Shown: positions 26,752 to 34,629 of the stretch, piece after piece
How positions within the stretch are numbered: the first letter of the stretch is position 1
Layout: the number at the start of each line of letters is the position of its first letter
Virus record (IMG/VR): IMGVR_UViG_3300032320_002793
Span: 1-34,629 of that record
Strand: one strand, 5' to 3'
DNA: 34,629 nt
Origin: a virus
Lineage: Duplodnaviria; Caudoviricetes
Position numbers and translations under genes: made by a program
Notes under the pieces: generated by a model
What the model was told of the DNA's origin: nothing
Database searches by the model: none
What the model saw: only the letters and a program-made list of their open reading frames with translations

Positions 26752-29091
26752 ATGAAAATATTGGCATCAACCAGTTTTATCGGGACAACGGGCTACGCAA
26801 ATCATTCAAAGTCATTTTTTACAGAATTAGATAAGTTAACACCAGTAAAAATTAGAAATTTTACTATTGGTGAGTCATGGAATGGACATAACAAAACTCC
26901 TCATGATGGAGAACCTTATATAACAGACCAAATGAAGAAAATGTTAACTCTTCAAACATTATGGTCTGGTGAAGGTGATAATAAGAAAAGGGAAGATTTC
27001 CCAATGTATGACTATGAACCGGGTAAAATATTTGATATTAATATTGTTTTAAATGAAACAGACCATTTCTATTTCTATGATAGTTATGGTAATTATAAAA
27101 TAGCATACAACGTTTGGGAATCAACATTACAACCTGAAAATTATTTTAATCGTTTAAAAAACTATTATCACGAACTTTGGGTTCCATCTGAATGGCAAAA
27201 AGATGTAACCATTAAACAAGGATTTCCTGAAGATAAAATATTTGTAATCCCTGAAGGTGTGGATGTTGATACATTTAAACCACTTGAAAACCCACAATAT
27301 CCTGATAAATTCAGGTTTATGATTTTTGGTAGATGGGATTATAGAAAGTACATTAAAGAATGTATAGAAGCGTGGTTAAAGGCGTTCCCACGAAACAAAT
27401 ATAAGGACGTTGAGTTACTTTTATCTGTTGAAAACCCATTTAGCGTTGATGGAATGAAATCTACAGCTGAACGTTTACAACGTTATGGATTACAAGATCC
27501 TCGCATTAAAATTGTTAAATTTCCCCCACGTCAAGAATATATTAACTACCTTCAAAACGGACACGTATTTTTAAGTTGTGCTCGCAGTGAAGGATGGAAT
27601 TTGCCTCTTATTGAAGCTATGGCTTGTGGTACTCCAAGCATTTATTCTAATTGTTCTGCTCAACTTGAATTTACTAAAGGTGAAGGTTTAGCAGTAAACA
27701 TAGTTGGTGAGGAATTAGCATCTAAAGGTGACGGAAAATCATTTAGAAAAATGCCAGGTAGTTATTATAAACCTGATTTTAAACATTTAGTTGAAACTAT
27801 TAAAGATGCTTATGAAAACTTTGAAAAACATAAACAAGAAGCACTTCAAATAAGTGAACGAGTTAGACGTGATTTTTCATGGGATAAACAAGCAAAATTA
27901 GCACACGATAGATTACAAGTAATTTATGGTGAAAACTTTAAAGACGGAAAATATATTAATAAAGTTAAACCTAAAATAGCACATAATTTTATCAATAAAG
28001 CTTTTGTTCAAGTAGAAAAATCAGATGAAGATTTAACTGTTGAATTTATTGATAAAAAAGATAATAAAGAAGTATTTAAAACAATATTAAAAGAAGGACA
28101 TTGGGCTGCTCCTAATAGATCATATTTTACTGATTGGAAAATTGTAGTAAAAGATCCATCCGGGGAAATAGTTTATCAACACGATTACAATTGTGAAGGT
28201 AAACGTGTTTATGTAGCACTTGAATCAAAATCTTTAGGCGATACGTTAGCGTGGTTTCCTCAATTAGAAGAATTTAGAAAAAAACATAATTGTAAACTTA
28301 TTGCTTCAACATTCTGGAATCACTTCTTTGAAGGACAATATCCTGAGATTGAACTCATTAAACCAGGAACACCTGTAAGTGATTTATATGCAATGTATCA
28401 AGTAGGGTGGTTTTATGATGATCAAAAAATTAAATTAGATAGTAACCCTGTAGATCCAAAATCACGTCCATTACAAGCAACGGCAAGTGATATATTAGGT
28501 TTAGAATATAAAGAAATTGTACCTAAAATCAATAAACCAAACAAACCAAATCGTTATGGTAAAAAGTTTGTTTGTTTTTCTCCACATGCTTCAGCATCCG
28601 CTAAGTATTGGCATAACGACACTGGATGGCAAACAGTAATTAACTACATTAAAAATGTATTAGGTTATGAAGTAGTAATGATATCAAAAGAGTTTTATGG
28701 TAGCGATTGGGAAACAAGCAAATTGCCTGGAAATAAGCGATTTGAAGGTATTATAGATGCTACTGGCGATTTCCCAATAGAGGAAAGAATGGCAGATTTA
28801 TTACATTGTGAATTTTATATAGGCGTAGGTAGTGGTTTAAGCTGGTTAGCTTGGGCATTAAACAAACACGTAATTATGATATCAGGCTTTAGTGATACTT
28901 GGGCAGAATTTGAAACACAATGTACCCGTATCATTAATAAGGATGTATGTAATTCATGTTTTAACAATTTTAGATTAGACGCCGGAGATTGGAATTGGTG
29001 TCCTGCTCATAAAGGTACGCCAAGACAATTCGAATGTACTAAAAAAATACCCGCAACTTGGGTAGTTGATGCTATAAATCAAATAAAATAG
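26752..29091 (+). CDS. Bifunctional glycosyltransferase: N-terminal GT4-like domain plus C-terminal TibC/Aah-type (BAHT) protein O-heptosyltransferase-like domain
   Basis: GT4 signature 'RSEGWNLPLIEAMACGTP' and 'GVDVDTFKP'. BAHT-like 'KRVYVALESKSLGDTLAWFP' (Asp497), 'FYIGVGSGLSWLAWA...ISGFS', and Cys cluster C733-x2-C736...C750-PAHKGTPRQFE-C762. Confidence 0.85.
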   Translation: MKILASTSFIGTTGYANHSKSFFTELDKLTPVKIRNFTIGESWNGHNKTPHDGEPYITDQMKKMLTLQTLWSGEGDNKKREDFPMYDYEPGKIFDINIVLNETDHFYFYDSYGNYKIAYNVWESTLQPENYFNRLKNYYHELWVPSEWQKDVTIKQGFPEDKIFVIPEGVDVDTFKPLENPQYPDKFRFMIFGRWDYRKYIKECIEAWLKAFPRNKYKDVELLLSVENPFSVDGMKSTAERLQRYGLQDPRIKIVKFPPRQEYINYLQNGHVFLSCARSEGWNLPLIEAMACGTPSIYSNCSAQLEFTKGEGLAVNIVGEELASKGDGKSFRKMPGSYYKPDFKHLVETIKDAYENFEKHKQEALQISERVRRDFSWDKQAKLAHDRLQVIYGENFKDGKYINKVKPKIAHNFINKAFVQVEKSDEDLTVEFIDKKDNKEVFKTILKEGHWAAPNRSYFTDWKIVVKDPSGEIVYQHDYNCEGKRVYVALESKSLGDTLAWFPQLEEFRKKHNCKLIASTFWNHFFEGQYPEIELIKPGTPVSDLYAMYQVGWFYDDQKIKLDSNPVDPKSRPLQATASDILGLEYKEIVPKINKPNKPNRYGKKFVCFSPHASASAKYWHNDTGWQTVINYIKNVLGYEVVMISKEFYGSDWETSKLPGNKRFEGIIDATGDFPIEERMADLLHCEFYIGVGSGLSWLAWALNKHVIMISGFSDTWAEFETQCTRIINKDVCNSCFNNFRLDAGDWNWCPAHKGTPRQFECTKKIPATWVVDAINQIK

Positions 29092-29095
29092 GCGA

Positions 29096-29103
29096 ATATT
29101 TAT
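29096..29103 (+). promoter_or_regulatory. ATATTTAT putative late promoter motif
   Basis: 20 nt before ATG 29124. Confidence 0.62.
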
Positions 29104-29123
29104 TGGGGAATAACCTACAATAA

Positions 29124-30437
29124 ATGGCAAAAAATTTACGAATTATACCAGCTTCTGGTTCAATTTACTTCATACAAGATGGAGTTGCTGAAACAGATGC
29201 GATGAAGATGACGCTTAGTAATAGCTCCAACAACGTTAGAATACAAGATGGTACTACAGGTACTACATTCATGTTTTTTGATAAAACAAATTTACGAACT
29301 GAAGTTTCATCAAGTTTTGCTATCCCCAATGCTTCATCAAGCCCCGTAGCCGCCCCAGTAGGTGGAATTTATTTTAATACCGCGGATGGTAACATTTATA
29401 GAGGTAATGGCTCTTCATGGGCTGCTGCCGCTGGCTCATCAGGTACTTCAGGTGTTAATGGAGCAAAAGGACAAAAAGGTGAAGTAGGCGCTCCTGGCCC
29501 TCAAGGTAATAAGGGTAACACAGGCGCTCCTGGTCCTCAAGGTAATAAGGGTAACACAGGCGCTCCTGGTCCTCAAGGTAACAAGGGTAGTACAGGCGCT
29601 CCTGGTCCTCAAGGTAATAAAGGCCAAAAAGGTGAAGTAGGTGCTCCTGGTCCTCAAGGTGCTAAAGGTCAAAAAGGAGAAGTAGGTGTAAAGGGGGATA
29701 CAGGTGCTAAAGGTGATACTGGATCTAAGGGTGATGCTGGTGCTAAAGGTGATGCTGGTGCTAAAGGTCAAAAAGGTGAAGTAGGAGGTAATGGTCCAAA
29801 AGGTAATACCGGAGGTCCTGGTCCTAAAGGTAATACTGGTCCAAGTGCAGGTATAACTTCATTTACAAACCCAACAGATAACTATGTACTTACTGCTGTT
29901 AACTCTTCAACAATTAATGGTGAAAGTGGATTACAATATGATGGTAGTACATTAACAGTAGCTAGTCAATATAGATTTAGTGGTAATGCCTCAAATCCTG
30001 GAAACGCAACAGCAACAATTTACGATCAGGCAAGTGTAGGACCTACAATTTCAGGTCTTAACGTTAGTCTTAGAGCAGGAAATACACCAACTGAAATAGC
30101 AAGAGTAGGAGCAGGCGGTATAGATGTTTATGGTTCTGTAGTAGCATCAGGAAACGTTGTTGCCTATTCAAGTTCAGATAAACAATTAAAAGATAATATT
30201 ACACCACTTACAAACGCTTTAGAAAAAATACTTAAATTAAATGGTGTCAAATGGGATTGGAATAACAAAGCAAATGATTCAACTAAACTTCTTCCTAATA
30301 CTGGTTTAATTGCTCAGGAGGTACAAGAAGTGTTACCTGAAGTAGTTAAAGAAGGGAATGACGGATATTTAGCTTTAGATTATGAAAAAATGATAGGATT
30401 ACTAGTCGAAGCAATTAAAGAATTAGCAAATAAATAA
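29124..30437 (+). CDS. Collagen-like fibre protein with a C-terminal intramolecular chaperone (peptidase S74-type) domain
   Basis: Continuous Gly-X-Y tract (GAPGPQGNKGNT, GAKGQKGEV). Autocleavage motif 'SSSDKQLKDNITPL..ALEKILKLNGV.WDW', 'GLIAQEVQEVLPEVV', 'LLVEAIKEL'. Confidence 0.9.
   Translation: MAKNLRIIPASGSIYFIQDGVAETDAMKMTLSNSSNNVRIQDGTTGTTFMFFDKTNLRTEVSSSFAIPNASSSPVAAPVGGIYFNTADGNIYRGNGSSWAAAAGSSGTSGVNGAKGQKGEVGAPGPQGNKGNTGAPGPQGNKGNTGAPGPQGNKGSTGAPGPQGNKGQKGEVGAPGPQGAKGQKGEVGVKGDTGAKGDTGSKGDAGAKGDAGAKGQKGEVGGNGPKGNTGGPGPKGNTGPSAGITSFTNPTDNYVLTAVNSSTINGESGLQYDGSTLTVASQYRFSGNASNPGNATATIYDQASVGPTISGLNVSLRAGNTPTEIARVGAGGIDVYGSVVASGNVVAYSSSDKQLKDNITPLTNALEKILKLNGVKWDWNNKANDSTKLLPNTGLIAQEVQEVLPEVVKEGNDGYLALDYEKMIGLLVEAIKELANK
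29487..29660 (+). repeat. 36-bp tandem repeat (GGCGCTCCTGGTCCTCAAGGTAATAAGGGTAACACA) within the collagen tract
   Basis: Three near-perfect copies plus partial copies encoding GAPGPQGNKG(N/S)T. Confidence 0.9.
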
Positions 30438-30439
30438 TT

Positions 30440-31498
30440 ATGTCTTTACCTTCATCAGGTCAAATAACATTAAATGATTTTAGAGCAGAAATGTCTCAAT
30501 CAAATACTTCTAATTATGGATTTGATGGTGCGTTTTATGGTTTTCAATATCCTGCTTTTTACCCAGCAATACCTTGGTATTCTCCAATCAATGTTCATTC
30601 GGATAATGCTGATAACTTTGAAACAAATCAATATTATTGGAACATAGATGCTTGGTATGGTTATAACAACTCTGCCTACTACGAAGCATCAAATACCCCC
30701 CGACCTTGTTATTTTAATATACAACCAAACCAAACAACAGCATCATATGCTACAGCAATGATAATAATGCATGTTGGAACTAATGATGGGACTGTCTCCC
30801 TTAGAATATCAGGTTCAGCTAATGATTTTTCTTCAGCAGGAATAACTACAGCAAGTATATGGTATGGAAAACCTTGGAGCTCTAATGGTACTGGTAGTGG
30901 GTTTAATAATGCCGAGTTAATTTTAATGACTAGTAGTAATCAATTCCAGTATGATGGACTTGATATTTCTCCTTCTTACAATTACACCTATAATGCTTCT
31001 TATGGAGAATATTTGTATTGTATAATTCATAATAATCCTCCTCAACCATCAATTGTACCTTGTGGTACTACTATTACTTACACTGGTGGACAAGCATACC
31101 CAAGTGTAGGAGCTAAAGTAGTAGGAACAGGTACAGGAACTGTTTCTATAGAATTTGAAGCGTTTAATGTACCTGATAGATTTATACTTTATTGGGGTGA
31201 TAATCCTGTAATTGATACTGGGTATAGAGGATATGCTGGTGGTTACAATTATGGTCAATATGCAAGAGGTGATTTTAATGCTTCTTTAAGCGGAAGAGTA
31301 GATCCTCTTACTGGATTAACATATCCAAATACAAGTATTCCTGATACTGCCCCCGATGGTTATCCTTATGTATCAGATTTTAATAATGGCACTTCATCAT
31401 TCCAAAAAACTACAAATCAACCTATTACTACAACAACTAATGTTTATGCACCTATGGCGGGTACTGCTTGGAATTACAAAGTAGGTTGCCCCGTTTAA
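30440..31498 (+). CDS. Putative fibre-tip adhesin/receptor-binding protein (352 aa)
   Basis: Starts 2 nt after the S74 fibre gene. N-terminus MSLPSSGQITLNDF resembles proteins that follow chaperone-processed fibres; Tyr/Asn/Gly-rich beta composition. Confidence 0.6.
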   Translation: MSLPSSGQITLNDFRAEMSQSNTSNYGFDGAFYGFQYPAFYPAIPWYSPINVHSDNADNFETNQYYWNIDAWYGYNNSAYYEASNTPRPCYFNIQPNQTTASYATAMIIMHVGTNDGTVSLRISGSANDFSSAGITTASIWYGKPWSSNGTGSGFNNAELILMTSSNQFQYDGLDISPSYNYTYNASYGEYLYCIIHNNPPQPSIVPCGTTITYTGGQAYPSVGAKVVGTGTGTVSIEFEAFNVPDRFILYWGDNPVIDTGYRGYAGGYNYGQYARGDFNASLSGRVDPLTGLTYPNTSIPDTAPDGYPYVSDFNNGTSSFQKTTNQPITTTTNVYAPMAGTAWNYKVGCPV

Positions 31499-31509
31499 AA
31501 TTAAATATT

Positions 31510-31875
31510 ATGTCTACACTTCCTATTTATTTTACTGTTAATTATACCCCACCTCAATATAAAATTGATTGGAACTTTACTACTGATGCATATATTTCTG
31601 ATTTACAAATATTGGTAAATGGTACTCAAGTAGTTTATGCTACTTCAAACAATGCTGGTTTCTTCTTTATTAATCCGGGTGATTATGTTCAGGCCAATAC
31701 AAATGGTACACCTACATACCCCCTATTAGCAGATGCTTACTTGTATGTTTATGATAGTGTTAATGGTGTACTATATGAAAGTACAAATACTGCTTATTTT
31801 GGTGTCTCTAACACATATGGACCTTATTATCCCTCAGGGGATGGTGAAATAACCGCTAACATTCATGAATATTAA
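31510..31875 (+). CDS. Hypothetical Tyr-rich beta protein (121 aa, start revised to ATG 31510)
   Basis: ATG 11 nt after the upstream stop with an A-rich leader; the listed start at 31468 is a TTG overlapping the previous gene. Confidence 0.65.
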   Translation: MSTLPIYFTVNYTPPQYKIDWNFTTDAYISDLQILVNGTQVVYATSNNAGFFFINPGDYVQANTNGTPTYPLLADAYLYVYDSVNGVLYESTNTAYFGVSNTYGPYYPSGDGEITANIHEY

Positions 31876-31909
31876 TTTTTAGTTTATTTATATTCTCATG
31901 GAATCATTC

Positions 31910-31917
31910 ATATTTAT
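31910..31917 (+). promoter_or_regulatory. ATATTTAT putative late promoter motif
   Basis: 22 nt before ATG 31940. Confidence 0.62.
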
Positions 31918-31939
31918 TGTAGATAAATTCTACACATAA

Positions 31940-34629
31940 ATGGCCAAGAATATACGTATTATTCCCGAATCGGGCTCCATTATTTTGATGCAAACCGGTA
32001 AATCGGAAGAGCAATCAGTTCACTTAGAAATTAGTGGATCTGATCCTTCTGGTAGTGTCTCTGTAACAAATAATGCAGGAACCGAAATTTTCAAAATAAA
32101 CAACCAGTTTGTTTCAAACTCCGTAGTTCAGTTTACTGAAGGTGGTTTAGTATTACAAAATGCTACTACTGCATCAATCACTAGTCCGTATAACGGCCAA
32201 ATGATTTTTGACAATGTGGATGGTAAAGTATATCATTTCTGGGATGGTATTTGGCTAGATAGATCTGGTACATCTGGTACTTCTGGTACTGCTGGTTCAT
32301 CAGGTACTTCAGGTACTTCAGGTGCTACCGCCGCAGCGGGTGGTTATACACTATATATGAACTATATAGATGATCTTTCACCTAACGTTGCTTATATTAG
32401 TAATCTTGCTTTATCTACAGCTATTGGAACTGCAATCACATCTGCTTCTTCTGTTACCTATAACCCAGCACAAAATACAGATGTTAGTTTATTAAGTTTA
32501 TCTCCAGATTTAGCACAAGCTCAAACTACTATTACATTTACTACTCCAAACAGTGCTACAGTAGATGTATTAGTAAGTCAATTTGCAATATATAAAAATC
32601 AAATTCCTGCAGCATCAAATAATATTCTTCCTCCAGGTATTTGGGAAATGAATATATATGCAAAAGCAGATGGTGCTAACGATAAAGATAATATTGGATT
32701 AAGATACTTTTTATTAGGCAGAACTTCAGGTTCAAATTCATGGGTAAATTTAGTTGCTAATGGTTCGGATTTAGGATATTTGTATGACAATACAACTTCT
32801 CAGATAATTTCTCTGAACCTGTATATTCAGAATCCAATTGATATTTCTACTTATGACACTTTATTAGTTGCCATAACATCAAGAAATAGAAACGCGAATC
32901 CACATCAAGCAGAAGTTTATTTCCAATCTTCAAATACATACTCTCATATACACACTACTTTCGCACAAGTAGGTCCTGCTGGTTCATCTGGTACATCCGG
33001 CACTTCTGGTACATCAGGTTCATCAGGAACTTCTGGTGTTCAAGGTGCTAAAGGACAAAAAGGTGCAGATGGTAATGCTGGTACTTCTGGTTCATCAGGT
33101 ACTTCAGGCTCAAGTGGCTCAAGTGGTACTTCTGGTTCATCAGGTACTTCAGGCTCAAACGGAACAGATGGCTCTTCAGGAACTTCAGGTTCATCTGGTT
33201 CATCTGGTTCTTCAGGATCTTCAGGTACAAGTGGTTCTTCAGGAACTTCAGGTTCTGATGGTTCAAGTGGAACTTCAGGTTCATCTGGTTCATCAGGTTC
33301 ATCTGGTTTCTCAGGTACAAGTGGTACAGATGGTTCATCTGGTTCTTCAGGTTCATCAGGAACTTCAGGCTCAAGTGGCACTTCAGGTTCATCTGGTTCA
33401 AGCGGAACTTCAGGTTCTTCAGGAACTAGTGGTACTTCAGGTTCATCTGGTACCTCAGGTTCAAGCGGAACATCAGGTTCTGATGGTACAAGTGGTAGCT
33501 CAGGAAGTTCTGGTTCATCTGGTTCTTCAGGTACTTCAGGTTCTTCAGGTTCAAGCGGTACTTCAGGTTCAAGCGGTACTTCAGGTTCAAGCGGTACTTC
33601 AGGTTCAAATGGTACATCAGGTTCTTCAGGAACTTCAGGAACTTCAGGATCAAATGGTACAGATGGTTCATCAGGAACATCTGGTTCAAGTGGTACATCA
33701 GGTTCTTCAGGAACAAGTGGTACTTCAGGTTCATCAGGTACTTCAGGTTCAAATGGTACAAATGGTTCTTCAGGAACTTCAGGTTCTTCAGGTACAAGTG
33801 GTTCCTCAGGTTCTTCAGGTACATCAGGTTCTTCTGGAACTTCTGGTTCAAGCGGAACTTCAGGATCAAGTGGCTCATCAGGTACTTCAGGAACATCAGG
33901 TTCAAGTGGTACTTCAGGCTCAAGTGGAACATCAGGATCATCAGGCTCAAGTGGCACAAGTGGTTCATCAGGTTCATCAGGTACTTCAGGTTCATCTGGT
34001 ACTTCAGGCACTTCAGGTTCTAGTGGTACATCAGGAACTTCAGGTTCATCAGGTTCATCAGGTAGCTCAGGTAGCTCTGGTGTGAGTGGTGATTTATATA
34101 GAACAACATCAACTGATACCTTTACTTTAGGTAATGCAGGTACATTAAACGTAGCAGCAGGATTAGCATATTCTGTAGCTCAATCAATTATCGTAGTTTA
34201 CGACGCAAATAACTTCCAAGAGTGTGAGGTTATTTCATATAACCCAGGAACAGGCGATTTACAATTCGCTGCTCCAACAAGAACAGTAGGTGGTGGTCAA
34301 CATAGCTCATGGACAGTTAACCTAGATGGTGCGTCCGGAGGTGATGGTTCTTCAGGTACAAGTGGTTCTTCAGGTTCATCAGGTTCATCAGGAACATCTG
34401 GTTCAAGTGGAAGCTCAGGTTCAAGTGGAACTTCAGGTACATCTGGTTCTTCAGGTACTTCAGGTTCAAGCGGAACTTCAGGTTCATCTGGTTCATCAGG
34501 TACATCTGGTTCTTCAGGAACAAGTGGTACATCTGGTTCTTCAGGTACATCTGGTTCTTCAGGTACTTCAGGTTCAAGCGGAACTTCAGGTTCATCTGGT
34601 TCATCAGGAACAAGTGGTTCATCTGGTTC
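31940..34629 (+). CDS. Ser/Thr-rich Gly-X-Y repeat fibre protein 3 (>896 aa, runs off the window); not in the supplied ORF track
   Basis: Starts MAKNIRIIPESGSIILMQTG (paralogous to MAKNLRIIPASGSIYFIQDG at 29124), then GTS/GSS tracts and another copy of the ~85-aa module at ~34090-34340. Confidence 0.88.
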   Translation, partial: MAKNIRIIPESGSIILMQTGKSEEQSVHLEISGSDPSGSVSVTNNAGTEIFKINNQFVSNSVVQFTEGGLVLQNATTASITSPYNGQMIFDNVDGKVYHFWDGIWLDRSGTSGTSGTAGSSGTSGTSGATAAAGGYTLYMNYIDDLSPNVAYISNLALSTAIGTAITSASSVTYNPAQNTDVSLLSLSPDLAQAQTTITFTTPNSATVDVLVSQFAIYKNQIPAASNNILPPGIWEMNIYAKADGANDKDNIGLRYFLLGRTSGSNSWVNLVANGSDLGYLYDNTTSQIISLNLYIQNPIDISTYDTLLVAITSRNRNANPHQAEVYFQSSNTYSHIHTTFAQVGPAGSSGTSGTSGTSGSSGTSGVQGAKGQKGADGNAGTSGSSGTSGSSGSSGTSGSSGTSGSNGTDGSSGTSGSSGSSGSSGSSGTSGSSGTSGSDGSSGTSGSSGSSGSSGFSGTSGTDGSSGSSGSSGTSGSSGTSGSSGSSGTSGSSGTSGTSGSSGTSGSSGTSGSDGTSGSSGSSGSSGSSGTSGSSGSSGTSGSSGTSGSSGTSGSNGTSGSSGTSGTSGSNGTDGSSGTSGSSGTSGSSGTSGTSGSSGTSGSNGTNGSSGTSGSSGTSGSSGSSGTSGSSGTSGSSGTSGSSGSSGTSGTSGSSGTSGSSGTSGSSGSSGTSGSSGSSGTSGSSGTSGTSGSSGTSGTSGSSGSSGSSGSSGVSGDLYRTTSTDTFTLGNAGTLNVAAGLAYSVAQSIIVVYDANNFQECEVISYNPGTGDLQFAAPTRTVGGGQHSSWTVNLDGASGGDGSSGTSGSSGSSGSSGTSGSSGSSGSSGTSGTSGSSGTSGSSGTSGSSGSSGTSGSSGTSGTSGSSGTSGSSGTSGSSGTSGSSGSSGTSGSSG
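32975..34629 (+). repeat. Degenerate 9-bp tandem repeat arrays encoding GTS/GSS
   Basis: Tracts at ~32975-34090 and ~34340 to the window end. Confidence 0.9.

Noticed and set aside
31918-31934. Cas12a-like repeat (GTAGA/TCTAC stem)
   Set aside because: The arm order is the reverse of Cas12a direct repeats, it is a single copy, and there are no spacers.
25045-34350. DGR template/variable repeat pair (similar ~260-bp modules at 25045 and 34088)
   Set aside because: Differences are mostly synonymous and not adenine-specific, both copies are coding, and no reverse transcriptase is in the window.
19282-34622. Many listed ORFs such as (PEVPEE)n on the - strand and (VLQVHQ)n or (LKYLMN)n in other frames
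   Set aside because: They are shadows of the 9-bp GTS/GSS repeats, which lack stops in several frames. They begin and end with the repeat tracts and have no independent signals.
19280-34629. CRISPR array
   Set aside because: The repeats are contiguous degenerate 9-mers in coding frame with no unique spacers, and no cas genes are present.

Overview
AT-rich, densely coding segment with all credible genes on the + strand, from a large tailed phage with a T4-like (gp13-15/17/20-23) virion morphogenesis module. The host is probably a Bacteroidota bacterium (inferred from SD-less A-rich translation starts and a TTTG-N20-TAnnTTT promoter). Gene order: 3' end of an FAD-dependent oxidoreductase, small hypotheticals, a P-loop NTPase, large terminase, portal (interrupted by one in-frame TAA at 6210 where Glu is expected), putative head/core proteins, prohead protease, scaffold, major capsid protein, PhoH, and neck/tail-terminator proteins. 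A ~15.6 kb fibre locus follows. It has three very long Gly-X-Y proteins made almost entirely of GTS/GSS triplets, one true collagen fibre with an S74 chaperone, and, in the middle, a fused GT4 + TibC/Aah-type (BAHT) protein O-glycosyltransferase. The best candidate for a new system is phage-encoded serine O-glycosylation of Ser/Thr-rich collagen-like virion fibres. Other signals: a recurring ATATTTAT promoter-like motif before 12 genes, a twin-hairpin leader before the scaffold gene, a copy of the capsid N-arm in a non-capsid protein, shared capsid-targeting-like peptides, and three ORFs missing from the supplied track. All family assignments come from recalled motifs and synteny; no database searches were run.
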